A program made the translations under genes and the position numbers. The notes under the pieces are model-generated. The model was not told the origin of the DNA. It did not search any database and saw only the letters and a list, made by a program, of their open reading frames with translations. Of a DNA stretch of 64,000 nt, positions 1-9,642 are shown one piece after another. Numbering within the stretch: the stretch's first letter is position 1; each line of letters begins with the position of its first letter. This DNA comes from Acidimicrobiaceae bacterium. GTDB taxonomy: Bacteria > Actinomycetota > Acidimicrobiia > Acidimicrobiales > Aldehydirespiratoraceae. The stretch lies in contig VYCM01000110.1 in the NCBI GenBank assembly GCA_009843915.1, positions 17,298 through 81,297 on the forward strand, in the 5' to 3' direction.

Positions 1-534
1 GACATTGACATCATGGCCGACGCCTACATGGGCTGGGACCTGGAGTATGCGCTGCGGATGTGCCGCGCCCTCGCGCCCTTCGACATGAAGTGGGTCGAGG
101 AGCCCCTGCTGCCCGACCAGCTCCGCGAGTACGCCATCCTGCGGAGCGAGTCGCCGGTGCCGATCGCGGCTGGCGAACACGAGACCACTCGCTACGGATT
201 CACCCAGATCATCGAGGCCCGGGCGCTCGACATCATCCAGTTCGACATCGGCCGGGTGGGGGGCTTCAGCGAGGCCAGGAAGGTGTGCGCGCTGGCACAG
301 GCGGCCGGCCTGCCGGTGTACACCCACGCCTACGGCATGCCGACCCTGCATCTGGCTACCAGCGACCGGGCCGTGAGCATGGTCGAGTACTTTCCCGTCC
401 CGGTCTGGGACGACATCGAGGAGACGACCCATTTCGACGGTACGGCCATACCCGAGGGTGGCCAGGTGTCGATCTCCGATGCCCCGGGCTTGGGCGCCAC
501 CCTGTCCCTCGACGGCTTCACCCCGCTGGTTTGA
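1..534 (+). CDS. Enolase-superfamily dehydratase, L-rhamnonate-dehydratase-like (C-terminal part; 5' end lies outside the window)
   Basis: Frame open from base 1. Motifs WVEEP, AAGEHE, IIQFD..RVGG and THAYG are collinear with the full-length paralogue at 5337-6503. The stop overlaps the next start (TGATG). Confidence 0.8.
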   Translation, partial: DIDIMADAYMGWDLEYALRMCRALAPFDMKWVEEPLLPDQLREYAILRSESPVPIAAGEHETTRYGFTQIIEARALDIIQFDIGRVGGFSEARKVCALAQAAGLPVYTHAYGMPTLHLATSDRAVSMVEYFPVPVWDDIEETTHFDGTAIPEGGQVSISDAPGLGATLSLDGFTPLV

Positions 535-1457
535 TGGAGGAGGTTCGGCTGCGGGGCGTGGTGCCCATCGTTCCGACGCCGTTCGGACCCGACGAGTCGG
601 TAGACATCGAATCGCTGGCCTCGGTCGTCGACTGGATCGCACAGCAGGGGCTAGCGGCAATGTGCCTGCCCGCCTACGGCAGCGAGTTCTACAAGCTCAC
701 CGAGGCTGAGCGCGAACAGGTGGCGGCCGTTGCCGTCGAGGTCAACGCAGGCCGGGTTCCGGTGATCGCTCAGGCCAACCACGTCTCGTCCCGGGTGGCG
801 TCGGGATTGGCTCGGCGCTACACGGAAATGGGTGCCGATGTCGTGTCCTTCGCCATTCCCAGGCAGTTCGCCTCATCGGATGCCGACATCGTCGAGTACT
901 GCGCCGCGATCGCGTCCTCCACCCCGTTGCCCGTCCTGATCCAGGACTTCAACCCAGGCGGTACGACCATGGGAGCAGCCCTCGCCGCCGCGCTCTGCGA
1001 TCGCTGCGAGAATTTCGGGTTCGTCAAGCTCGAGGACCCGATGATGGTCGACAGGCTCATCGCCATCCGGTCGGCCACCGCAGGTCGGATCGGGATTCTC
1101 GAGGGCTGGGGCGGGATGTACATGCTTGAGGGCATCGGCGCCGGCATCGACGGGATCATGCCGGGCGCGGCCATCGCCGACCTACTCGACACGGTGTTCG
1201 ATGCTGCCGTCTCTCAACAGCCAGAGAGGGCTCACGATTTATTCGGTGCGCTATTGCCCTACATCAGCTTCTCGCTCCAGGACTTCGAGCTGTTCCTGCA
1301 GATCGAGAAGCGGGCGCTGGTCCGGCGGGGGCTCATCGCGTCGCCGACCGTCCGGGCCCTGTCGCACACCCCGAGCCCCCCGGTGCTGGCCCATATGGAC
1401 TTCCTGATCGATCAACTGGAGCGCCTCGCCACCGAGGTCTTCGATCAGGTTTGGTAG
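534..1457 (+). CDS. DapA/DHDPS-family class I aldolase (2-keto-3-deoxy-sugar-acid aldolase-like)
   Basis: N-terminus VVPIVPTPF and the GFVKLED Lys motif are typical of the dihydrodipicolinate synthase/N-acetylneuraminate lyase family. Translationally coupled to the upstream dehydratase. Confidence 0.75.
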   Translation: MEEVRLRGVVPIVPTPFGPDESVDIESLASVVDWIAQQGLAAMCLPAYGSEFYKLTEAEREQVAAVAVEVNAGRVPVIAQANHVSSRVASGLARRYTEMGADVVSFAIPRQFASSDADIVEYCAAIASSTPLPVLIQDFNPGGTTMGAALAAALCDRCENFGFVKLEDPMMVDRLIAIRSATAGRIGILEGWGGMYMLEGIGAGIDGIMPGAAIADLLDTVFDAAVSQQPERAHDLFGALLPYISFSLQDFELFLQIEKRALVRRGLIASPTVRALSHTPSPPVLAHMDFLIDQLERLATEVFDQVW

Positions 1458-1494
1458 CGCAGGCCGCCCTGGGGAGCGCTGCGGCCGTGGGTGG

Positions 1495-2286
1495 TCAAGC
1501 CCGGTAGAGCAGGGGGAGGTGCTGGTCGTCGTCGAGGACGTCGCCTGGCTGCAAACGCGCCGTCAACTCGGCGGGCAGGGCTCCGGGCTGGCCGGTGTAG
1601 CGGCAGCGACCCGGGATGAACACCATGGAGAACGCCCGGCGCGGGCGGGGGCTCATGTTGGCCCCGGCGGCATGGGCGGTCATGCCGTTGATGAAGATCC
1701 CGGCTCCGGCCGCCACTTTCGCCATCGCCGGCTCGATCGCCGCGAACTGGGGGTTGGCCTCGAGCAGCGCACCGATGTTGGCCTCGTCGAGCGCGGCGCC
1801 GTCGTCGAGTCTCTCCCTGCGGTGGCTGCCCGGCAGGAAGTGCAGGCAGCCGTTGCGGGCGTCGGCGTCGTCGAGGGCGATCCATAGCATGATTGCCTCA
1901 GGGGAGCGGTAGGGGTCGTACGGGTTGTCGGCGTGCCAGTTGGTGGGATTGGCCCACGGCAGCTTGATGAGGGCATGGTCGTGGTAGAGGCGGACCTCGT
2001 CGGTGCCGGCCAGGGCCGCGACCAGCCGCCCGAACCGCTCGTCGAGAACCAGGGCGCGCACCTCGCGACTGGTCTTCCACATGTTCACCCGCTGCAGGAA
2101 GACCCGGTCGTAGTACTCCGACTGCTCCGGGTCGAAGTCGCGTCCCGACACGCCGTGTCCGGTCACCGCCCGGTCGACGGAGTGGCGCCAGTGCTCGAGC
2201 TCACCCGCGTCCAGCAGGTCCTCGATGACCAGGAACCCATCGTCGCGATAGGAGCGGACCTCCTCGGGCGAAACCTCGGCTCTCAT
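1495..2286 (-). CDS. Phytanoyl-CoA dioxygenase (PhyH) family Fe(II)/2-oxoglutarate dioxygenase
   Basis: 263 aa. HxD (WHADN) and a distal His (MTAHAAGAN) give the facial triad. The DGFLVIEDLL N-terminus is typical of PhyH. Confidence 0.75.
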   Translation of the reverse strand: MRAEVSPEEVRSYRDDGFLVIEDLLDAGELEHWRHSVDRAVTGHGVSGRDFDPEQSEYYDRVFLQRVNMWKTSREVRALVLDERFGRLVAALAGTDEVRLYHDHALIKLPWANPTNWHADNPYDPYRSPEAIMLWIALDDADARNGCLHFLPGSHRRERLDDGAALDEANIGALLEANPQFAAIEPAMAKVAAGAGIFINGMTAHAAGANMSPRPRRAFSMVFIPGRCRYTGQPGALPAELTARLQPGDVLDDDQHLPLLYRA

Positions 2287-2334
2287 CGGGTCGGCCTGAC
2301 CTGCGGCACTGGTTGCTTCCCGTCCGCTCGGCCT

Positions 2335-3123
2335 CTAGCTGTCGGGCACGTCGTAGGTCTGGGCGGTCAGGGCGCCGTCCACGATGAGGTTGATGCCCGA
2401 CACGTACTGGGCCTCGTCGGAGGCCAGGTAAAGGAAGGCCTGGGCAATGTCGTCGACGGACGCCAGCCGGTTGGCGGGCACCACCGGGAAGCCCTCGGTG
2501 CGCCACTTGTCCATCAGTTCCTCGCCGGCGAGGTCGACTGACTGCTGGGTGTCGGCCGGGCCCGGGCCGACAGAGTTGCACCTGATGTTGTACGGGGCGC
2601 ACTCCACCGCGATGGCCTTCGTCAGCGCGGCGACGCCGGCCTTGGCCACGCAGTAGTGGGTGAACCCTCGGCCGTGCCCCAGGGCCGCAATCGAGGACGT
2701 GAACAGGATCACCCCGCCCCCGGTCTCCTTCATCGCCCGGGCCGCCCGGCTGCCCATCACGAAGTAGGCGTCGAGGTTGACCGACAGCACCCTGCGCCAT
2801 TCTTCGTCCGTCATGTCGACGAACTCGGCAATGGTCCACGCGGCCGCGTTGGACACCATCACGTCGAGCTTGGGATCGATGGTCAAGGCCTGGTCAACGG
2901 CCTCTGCACAGTTCTCCATGACTCCCAGATCGGTGTTGATCAGGTGCGGTGTGGCGCCGAGCTCCTCGATCACCGGCGCGACCGCGTCGAGCCGCTCCTG
3001 CTTGTAGTCGAGCAGGTACAGGTTCTTGGCGCCCTCCTCCGCGAACAGCTCAGCGGTGCGGCGTCCGAAGCCGCTGCCCGCCCCCGTCACGAAGACGTTG
3101 CGTCCCTCGAATCGTCGGTTCAT
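2335..3123 (-). CDS. SDR-family oxidoreductase
   Basis: TGAGSGFG Rossmann motif, NAA and YCVAK (YxxxK). Close paralogue at 20753-21541. Confidence 0.9.
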   Translation of the reverse strand: MNRRFEGRNVFVTGAGSGFGRRTAELFAEEGAKNLYLLDYKQERLDAVAPVIEELGATPHLINTDLGVMENCAEAVDQALTIDPKLDVMVSNAAAWTIAEFVDMTDEEWRRVLSVNLDAYFVMGSRAARAMKETGGGVILFTSSIAALGHGRGFTHYCVAKAGVAALTKAIAVECAPYNIRCNSVGPGPADTQQSVDLAGEELMDKWRTEGFPVVPANRLASVDDIAQAFLYLASDEAQYVSGINLIVDGALTAQTYDVPDS

Positions 3124-3273
3124 TCTTGGTACTCCAGTTCTTGATGTCGTCGGGCGCAGGCGCTAGGTAGCCCGTCCTGTCGTGGGTCCGTTCTGACTGC
3201 CCCAGGAGTTGGCGTCGCCATACTCGAAGCGACCGCTGTACGTCGCATCTGTGCAGGTCAGTCTATGAGTTCC

Positions 3274-3301
3274 GTCCGGGCCGCGAGGATTCGGCCCGGA
3301 C
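3274..3301. other. Stable 10-bp stem-loop in a divergent intergenic region
   Basis: GTCCGGGCCG-cgaggatt-CGGCCCGGAC, a perfect inverted repeat, lies in the 250-nt gap between divergent starts at 3123 (-) and 3374 (+). There is no flanking T tract. Confidence 0.5.
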
Positions 3302-3373
3302 CCATCGACCACCCCGATTGCCGTCCGGTCCCGCCCCGGAAGTACTGTCCGCGGACGTGAGCAAGGGGATCGC

Positions 3374-4471
3374 GTGGCAGCCCGGATCGGAGTGGTAGGA
3401 GCGGGCTGGTGGGCGACCCGGGCCCACCTGCCTGCAATCCTCGCCAACCCCGACGCGGAGCTGGCGGCCATCGCCGATCCGATCGACGACAAGCGCGACC
3501 GAGCGGTGGCGGCCTTCCATCCGGAGCGGGCGTACCGGAGCCACACCGAGATGCTCGACGGCGAATCCCTCGACGGGGTCGTCATCGCGGTGCCCCACAT
3601 GGCCCACTACCAGGTGGCGCTAGACGCTCTGGAGGCCGGAGCCCACCTGATGCTGGAGAAGCCGATGGTGGTGGAGTTCGACCATGCGGCCCGGCTGCTG
3701 ACCGAATCGGCTGATCGGGGGCTGGAGATCGTGGTCGGCTACCCCTACCACTACAACCAGCAGGTGCTGGCGGTGCGCGAGTGGATCGCGTCCGGCGAGA
3801 TCGGCGAGCTGCTCTACGTGCACTCGCTGTTCGCGTCAATCGTCTGGGAGCTCTTCCGCGGCGACGTCGACCTGGTGGCCGACGCGGTCGGTTTCACCAT
3901 CACTCCCACCGGAACCGACACCTACGGCGACCCCGCGGTGTCGGGCGGCGGTCAGGCCATCGTGCAGATCACCCACTCGGCCGCCCTGCTGCTGTTCATG
4001 ACCGGCTTGGAGCCCGTCGACGTGTTCGCCTTCATGGAGAACAAGGACCTCCGCGTCGACCTCGTCGATGCCATGGCAGTGCGGTTCGAGGGAGGCTGTA
4101 TAGGGACGATTGGCTCCACCGGATCCACGGTGCGCACTCAGGAGGAGCTCCTCGAGTATCGGCTCTACGGCACCGGGGGCCACATCTTGCTTGACCTGGC
4201 CGCATCGCAGTTGGGGCTGTACCGGGCCGACGGCTCCACCGAGCACAACCCGGCCGGCCCGACCGTCGGAGCTAGGACCTACCGCGAGGCCTATCCGGAG
4301 GACGCTCCGCTCAACAACCTGGTCGACATCGTCCTGGGCCGCGACGGGAACCATTCTCCCCCTCAGCTCGGCGCGGCGGTCGTGGGCCTGCTGGAAGCGG
4401 CCTACGCATCGGCCCGGACCGGCACACGGCAGGCAGTGCCGGGCAATCACAAGCAGAAGGAAGCAATATGA
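3374..4471 (+). CDS. Gfo/Idh/MocA-family NAD(P)-dependent oxidoreductase (sugar dehydrogenase-like)
   Basis: GTG start with AAGGGGA 5 nt upstream. IGVVGAGWWA Rossmann N-terminus and the EKP motif (MLEKPM). Confidence 0.85.
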   Translation: MAARIGVVGAGWWATRAHLPAILANPDAELAAIADPIDDKRDRAVAAFHPERAYRSHTEMLDGESLDGVVIAVPHMAHYQVALDALEAGAHLMLEKPMVVEFDHAARLLTESADRGLEIVVGYPYHYNQQVLAVREWIASGEIGELLYVHSLFASIVWELFRGDVDLVADAVGFTITPTGTDTYGDPAVSGGGQAIVQITHSAALLLFMTGLEPVDVFAFMENKDLRVDLVDAMAVRFEGGCIGTIGSTGSTVRTQEELLEYRLYGTGGHILLDLAASQLGLYRADGSTEHNPAGPTVGARTYREAYPEDAPLNNLVDIVLGRDGNHSPPQLGAAVVGLLEAAYASARTGTRQAVPGNHKQKEAI

Positions 4472-5331
4472 CCGAGCCGTTCGTCGATTCCCACCACCAC
4501 CTGTGGGACATGGACCAGGGCCACTACCACTGGCTGGAGGAGGAGGAGCCGGAGGAGACCGCCGTCGTCGGCGACTACTCCGCTATCCGCCGCAACTACC
4601 TGATCGGGGACCTGCTGGCCGACTTCGAGGGCTCGAGCGTCATCAAGTCGGTCCATGTGCAGGCCGAGTACGGCGGCGACGACCAGGTGTGGGAGACGGC
4701 ATGGCTCCAGCAGGTCGCCGACGCGCACGGCTACCCGCATGCCATCGTGGCCAAGACCGACCTCGCCTCCGAGGGAGCCAGAGCGGAACTGGAACGCCAC
4801 GGTGAGCACGCCAACATGCGGGGTATCCGCAACTTCGTGCAGGGCGAGGACCTGCTGACCCCGGAGTTCCGCCGCGGCCTGCAGGCCCTGAGCGATCTCG
4901 GCTTCTCCTATGACCTCAACTCCACCTGGGAGGGGATGGGGGAGGCTCGCCAGGCCGCCGAGCTGTTCGGTGACCTCCAGTTCATCCTGGGCCACTGCGG
5001 GGTTCCCATGGAACGCACCCCGGAGTACTTCGACGCTTGGCGGGCCGGGATGGCCACATTGGCCGGAGCACCCAACGTGGCGTGCAAGATCTCCGGTCTC
5101 GGCATGACCGACCACTCGTGGACCGTCGAGAGCATCCGCCCGTGGGTGCTGGAGTGCATCGAGGTGTTCGGAGTCGAGCGGTGCATGTTCGGCTCCAACT
5201 GGCCCGTCGACAGCCTGTACAGCTCCTACCGTGCGGTTGTCGAGGCCTATCGCGAGATCACCGCCGACTTCTCAGCCGACGAGCGGTCCGCCCTGTTCCG
5301 GCGCAACGCCGAGCACTACTACAAGGTGTGA
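4468..5331 (+). CDS. Amidohydrolase-2 family protein (sugar lactonase-like, e.g. L-fucono/L-rhamnono-lactonase type)
   Basis: N-terminal DSHHHLW metal motif. ATGA overlap with the upstream gene. Context between a sugar dehydrogenase and an acid-sugar dehydratase. Confidence 0.7.
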   Translation: MTEPFVDSHHHLWDMDQGHYHWLEEEEPEETAVVGDYSAIRRNYLIGDLLADFEGSSVIKSVHVQAEYGGDDQVWETAWLQQVADAHGYPHAIVAKTDLASEGARAELERHGEHANMRGIRNFVQGEDLLTPEFRRGLQALSDLGFSYDLNSTWEGMGEARQAAELFGDLQFILGHCGVPMERTPEYFDAWRAGMATLAGAPNVACKISGLGMTDHSWTVESIRPWVLECIEVFGVERCMFGSNWPVDSLYSSYRAVVEAYREITADFSADERSALFRRNAEHYYKV

Positions 5332-5336
5332 GCAAC

Positions 5337-6503
5337 ATGAAGATCACCGACGTCCGAGTCCGCCACGCCCCCCGGTCGATCTGGGGGCACCTCGCCGAGC
5401 GGGAGAAGACGCTGCCGCTGGTGACGCCGCTGGACATCTACCCCGAGTACCAGGAGACGAGAGGCTCGTGGTTCTGGGACTCGGCTATGGCCGTGGTCGA
5501 GATAGAGACCTCCGACGGCGTGGTCGGCCTGGGATGGTGCGAGGACGGGGTCGGCGCGGTGGAAGGAGTCGTCCAGCGCCATCTGCGCAACCTGCTGGTG
5601 GGCGCCCCGGCATATGAGACCGAGGGCCTTTGGGACCGCATGTACCGGGCAACGCTGCCCTACGGCCGCAAGGGCATCGCCCTGCAGGCCATCAGCGCCA
5701 TCGACATCGCCCTGTGGGACGTCTGCGGCAAGGCCACCGACAGCGCGGTGTACGAGTTGCTGGGCGGGCCGGTGCATCCCGACGTGCCGGTGTATGCGTC
5801 GGCCCTCCACCCCGTCGGCGCTGAGCTGGTTGCCCAGGAGGCCAAGGCCTACGTGGCCGAGGGGTACCAGGCCATGAAGGCCCGCTTCCCCTACGGTCCC
5901 GGCAGCGGGGTGGAGGGCATGGCGGCAAACGAGGACCACGTGGCCAACATCCGCGACGCAGTCGGCCCTGATATCGAGATCATGATCGATGCCTACATGG
6001 GCTGGGACTTCAACTACGCCAAGAAGATGTGCCGGCGGCTGGAGCCCTACAACCTGGCCTGGATCGAGGAGCCCTTCGTCCCCGACGACCTCACCAGCTA
6101 CGCCAAGCTGCGGCGCGAGACCAACATCCCGATCTCGGGCGGCGAGCACGAGTACACCCGGTACGGCTTCGCCGACATCATCGAGCGCGAGGCCATGGAC
6201 ATCCTCCAACCCGATCTGCGGCGTTGCGGTGGCTTCACCGAGGGCCAGAAGATCGCGGCCTTGGCCCAGGCAGCCGGGCTCACCGTCATCCCCCACGCCT
6301 ACGGTGTCGCCCACATCCACTACGCACTGGGTACCGCCAACATTCCCATGGTCGAGTACTTCCCGATGCCGGTGTGGGACTCGATGCCCGAATCCGAGAC
6401 GGTGCCCGTCTTCCTCGGCGAGCCCCAGCCGTCCGGCGGCCGGGTCAGCGCCGAACCCCGGCCCGGTCTGGGCGTCGAGATCAACGAGGCGCTCTTCGCC
6501 TGA
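5337..6503 (+). CDS. Enolase-superfamily dehydratase, L-rhamnonate dehydratase (RhamD)-like
   Basis: PYNLAWIEEP, SGGEHE, ILQPD..RCGG and IPHAYG match my recollection of the E. coli YfaW/RhamD motif order. The ATG at 5337 lies inside the longer track ORF 5037-6503. Confidence 0.75.
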   Translation: MKITDVRVRHAPRSIWGHLAEREKTLPLVTPLDIYPEYQETRGSWFWDSAMAVVEIETSDGVVGLGWCEDGVGAVEGVVQRHLRNLLVGAPAYETEGLWDRMYRATLPYGRKGIALQAISAIDIALWDVCGKATDSAVYELLGGPVHPDVPVYASALHPVGAELVAQEAKAYVAEGYQAMKARFPYGPGSGVEGMAANEDHVANIRDAVGPDIEIMIDAYMGWDFNYAKKMCRRLEPYNLAWIEEPFVPDDLTSYAKLRRETNIPISGGEHEYTRYGFADIIEREAMDILQPDLRRCGGFTEGQKIAALAQAAGLTVIPHAYGVAHIHYALGTANIPMVEYFPMPVWDSMPESETVPVFLGEPQPSGGRVSAEPRPGLGVEINEALFA

Positions 6504-6506
6504 GCA

Positions 6507-6522
6507 GCGCGGTCGCCCGCGC
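6507..6522. terminator. Short GC hairpin between convergent genes (possible bidirectional terminator)
   Basis: GCGCGG-tcgc-CCGCGC (6-bp stem, 4-nt loop) lies in the 24-nt gap between stops at 6503 (+) and 6528 (-). There is no T tract. Confidence 0.3.
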
Positions 6523-6527
6523 CGCCG

Positions 6528-7442
6528 TCAGGCTGTTCCCAGCAGGCGCGACGGCGGGGTGGGCAACTCGGGCAGGGTGTCGTCAAGCATCTCGAACTCG
6601 ACGAAGTCGGGAACCTCGATCGATGCCAGCGAGGTCCATCCCTCGGTCAACTCGGGCCAGTCGACGGAGGGATGCCAGTGGGGGAGGGTCACGGTTGACA
6701 CCACCGCCGGGTCGCTGACCCGCTGGTAGCGGAACTCGCAGGACCTTCTCAACCGGTCGGTGGTGTTGGGTGTGCCGGCGTGGACGGTGAGGCTGTGGAA
6801 GATCAGCACGTCGCCCTGCCGGTAGGACGCGCTGCGCCACCGTGGGTCTTGGTCGTCGATGCTGATCGACTCGGTCTCAGGGTCGAACGGCATCACGCCT
6901 CCGTGCTGGGAGCCCTCCAAGATGCGCAGTCCCCCCATCGGAGGGGGTATGTCGGCCAGTGGTATCCACACGGTGAGGGTGTCGGCCGCGCCCTGGATGG
7001 GTCGCCAGTCCTGGTGGACGTGGGTCGGCTCGATCCGGGCCGACGGCCCCACCACCCGGGCCACATGGTTCGAGTGCACGAAGACCTCGTCGGTGAGCAG
7101 GCTGCTCACCGCAGCGATGACGCGCTGGTGATGGGCGAACTCGTGGAAGCCCTGGATGCTCTGCACCCGGCGGTACATGGCCCAGAAGTCGGGGTCGTCG
7201 TAGCCTTCGGCCGCCACCGACGGACCCGCTATCCATTCGGCCGGGTTGGTGCCTTCGGCCAGCCAGCCCGGAGCGGCCGCCACCGCCTCCAGGATCGCGC
7301 CCTCGACCGCAGCCACGTCTCGAGGCGGCAAGAAGCCCCGCATGAACAGGTAGCCGTCGCGTGCCAGCCGCTGCCGGGCCTCATCGCTGGCGAGGTCTAT
7401 GCCTGTCGACTCGGTGAGCGGACCGGAACTCTTCACGGACAT
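6528..7442 (-). CDS. Phytanoyl-CoA dioxygenase (PhyH) family Fe(II)/2-oxoglutarate dioxygenase
   Basis: 304 aa. HVHQD (HxD) plus SLTVHAGTPN distal His. DGYLFMRGFL N-terminus. Confidence 0.75.
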   Translation of the reverse strand: MSVKSSGPLTESTGIDLASDEARQRLARDGYLFMRGFLPPRDVAAVEGAILEAVAAAPGWLAEGTNPAEWIAGPSVAAEGYDDPDFWAMYRRVQSIQGFHEFAHHQRVIAAVSSLLTDEVFVHSNHVARVVGPSARIEPTHVHQDWRPIQGAADTLTVWIPLADIPPPMGGLRILEGSQHGGVMPFDPETESISIDDQDPRWRSASYRQGDVLIFHSLTVHAGTPNTTDRLRRSCEFRYQRVSDPAVVSTVTLPHWHPSVDWPELTEGWTSLASIEVPDFVEFEMLDDTLPELPTPPSRLLGTA

Positions 7443-7473
7443 GTCTCGCCTTCACGCCTTGAGCGCATCGGGA

Positions 7474-7782
7474 TCAGTCGAGCCGGAAGATCTCGGGGAG
7501 CGCGGGTGCGCCGTCGGCGGGCACCCGGTCGGACAGGAACTCCGCCATCCAGTCCTCCCACCGGATGCAGTCGGGGTCGGCCGCCAGGACGGCGTTGGCC
7601 TCGACCGGGTCGTCACACTCGAAGTACCCGAAGGCGATGTTGTTGTGCAGGAAGATGGTGAAGTTGCGCATGCCGGCCCTCTTGGTGGCCTCGAGTACCT
7701 CGGGCCACACCTGGCGGTGGGCCTCGACGTACTCGGTGACCTTGTCGGGCCGGATCTCCAGGGCGAAGGCTTCGCGGCTCAC
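7474..7782 (-). CDS. rhaM: L-rhamnose mutarotase family protein
   Basis: 102 aa. EYVEAHRQVWPEV and NFTIFL..N..FGYFE are typical of the RhaM/DUF718 family. GTG start with GAGGAGAG upstream. Confidence 0.8.
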   Translation of the reverse strand: MSREAFALEIRPDKVTEYVEAHRQVWPEVLEATKRAGMRNFTIFLHNNIAFGYFECDDPVEANAVLAADPDCIRWEDWMAEFLSDRVPADGAPALPEIFRLD

Positions 7783-7810
7783 GGTGCTCTCCTCTCGGCT
7801 GGGCGTGTGC

Positions 7811-8656
7811 TCATCCGGTCATCCCCGATCGGGCCATGCTCTCCACGAAGCGGCGCTGCATGAACATGAACACGGCCATCACCGGAACCATGGACAGCAG
7901 CGACATGGCCGCCAGGATCTCGGGCCGCAGCGGGCTGGAGCTGGCATTGAAGGTGCCGCCCGCTACGCCGAGTTGGAGGGTCACCACCCACAAGTCGGAG
8001 TCAGCCACCGCCAGGAAGGGCCAGGCGTACAGGTTCCACGCGGCCAGGAACGAGACGATCACGAAGGCGGCCACGGTCGGCCCGGCCAGAGGGGCGTACA
8101 GGCTGCGGAACACCCGGATCGGTCCGGCGCCGTCGAGGATCCCGGCCTCGTAGATCTCTCTGGGGACCGTTCTGAAGAACTGCCGGAACATGAACACCGA
8201 CACGTCGGTGTAGGCCACGATGGGGATGATCAGCCCCCAGTAGGTGTTGTACCAGCCGATCTCGAAGACGTAGATGAACAGCGGGATCATGATCACGTGG
8301 AACGGGACCATCAGGCCACCGATGATCAGCAGCAGCAGCGAGTCCCGCAGCGGGAACCGCAGAGTGCTGAAGGCGTACCCGGCCATCATCCCCAGGATCG
8401 TCTGCCCACCGACCACCACGATGGTCAGCAGCGCGCTGTTGATGAAGGCCCGGGCCCCGATCTTCTCGTAGGCCTCCACGTAGTTGAACCAGGTGAAGGG
8501 GTCCGGGATCCACTCGAACGGGAAGGCGAAGGTCTGCGGGGCGGTCTGTAGCGACTTCGACAGGTTGAAGAGGAACGGCGCGATCATCACCACCGACCCG
8601 ATGGTCAGAACCAGGTAGACCGCGATCCGGCCCCGGTGCTTGACGAGCATCCTCAT
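7811..8656 (-). CDS. Carbohydrate ABC transporter permease (CUT1, MalG-like)
   Basis: Multi-TM protein with an EAA-loop-like EAGILDGAG. Start MRMLVKH at 8656 in ATGA overlap with the upstream permease. The rest of track ORF 7811-9526 is out-of-gene read-through. Confidence 0.9.
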   Translation of the reverse strand: MRMLVKHRGRIAVYLVLTIGSVVMIAPFLFNLSKSLQTAPQTFAFPFEWIPDPFTWFNYVEAYEKIGARAFINSALLTIVVVGGQTILGMMAGYAFSTLRFPLRDSLLLLIIGGLMVPFHVIMIPLFIYVFEIGWYNTYWGLIIPIVAYTDVSVFMFRQFFRTVPREIYEAGILDGAGPIRVFRSLYAPLAGPTVAAFVIVSFLAAWNLYAWPFLAVADSDLWVVTLQLGVAGGTFNASSSPLRPEILAAMSLLSMVPVMAVFMFMQRRFVESMARSGMTG

Positions 8657-9642
8657 CCGTAGTGGCTCCATCGTCTCTGGGCTCTGAACAACCCGACGGT
8701 GAGCAGCAGCAGGATGGCGGTCAGGGCCACGCCCATGGCTGAGCCCAGTCCGATCTCGAACTGCCCCCTGAAGGCCCGCAGATACAGCAGGAAGGCGGTG
8801 GTGGTCGTGCTGAACTCTGGACCTCCGCCGGTGAGGACATGGAGGATGTCCCAAGATCCGACGCTGGTGATAGCCAGGTTCAGGATCACCAGCAGGAACG
8901 TCGTGGGCGCGCACAGCGGCCAGGTGACGTGGAGGGCCTTCTGCCAGAAGTTGGCGCCGTCCACGATGGCCGCGTCGAGTTGGTCCCGGGGGACGGTCTG
9001 GAGGGCGGCCATGTAGAACACGGTGTTGAGGGGTACCAGCGACCACAGCAGAATGACCGCCACCACGTGGGGCGCCCACTGGGGAAGCACCAGGTAGGGC
9101 GTGTCGACATCGACGAAGAAGCTGAGGAACGTGTTGAAGAGGCCGTCGCTGGTGAACACGAACCGCCACATGGTGGCCACCGCCACGCCCGACGCCACCA
9201 GGGGCAGGAAGTAAGCCAGCCGGAGTATGCCGACGCCCTTCAGCCGCTGGTTGAGGAGGTTGGCGAACACGAAGGAGATCAGGATGGCTGGCGGGGTCAC
9301 CTCGAGGAACAGCAGGCCGGTGACCCGCAGGGACTTGAAGAACAGCGGGTCGTTGTGCAGGTTGGCGTAGTTCTCGAACCAGATGAAGCTCGTGTCGGCC
9401 AGCAGGTTCCTGTCGGTGAGGCTGAGATAGATGCCGTACACGAGCGGGCCCAGCAGGAACATCCCGAACATCAGCAGCGCCGGGGCGATCAGGAGGTAGC
9501 CCGCCAGCCGCTCCTGGCCGCGCCAACTCAGGCCACGGTGCTTCAGCGTCGCGGCCTCGCTCGCGGCGTCAACCTCGATCCCGGACATGTCGTCGACGTC
9601 GCTCGGAGCTAAGCCGGCGCGAGCCTTGCGCGTCAGCGCCAT
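8653..9642 (-). CDS. Carbohydrate ABC transporter permease (CUT1, MalF-like)
   Basis: Multi-TM, EAA-loop DAAIVDGAN, typical sugar-permease architecture. Confidence 0.9.
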   Translation of the reverse strand: MALTRKARAGLAPSDVDDMSGIEVDAASEAATLKHRGLSWRGQERLAGYLLIAPALLMFGMFLLGPLVYGIYLSLTDRNLLADTSFIWFENYANLHNDPLFFKSLRVTGLLFLEVTPPAILISFVFANLLNQRLKGVGILRLAYFLPLVASGVAVATMWRFVFTSDGLFNTFLSFFVDVDTPYLVLPQWAPHVVAVILLWSLVPLNTVFYMAALQTVPRDQLDAAIVDGANFWQKALHVTWPLCAPTTFLLVILNLAITSVGSWDILHVLTGGGPEFSTTTTAFLLYLRAFRGQFEIGLGSAMGVALTAILLLLTVGLFRAQRRWSHYG

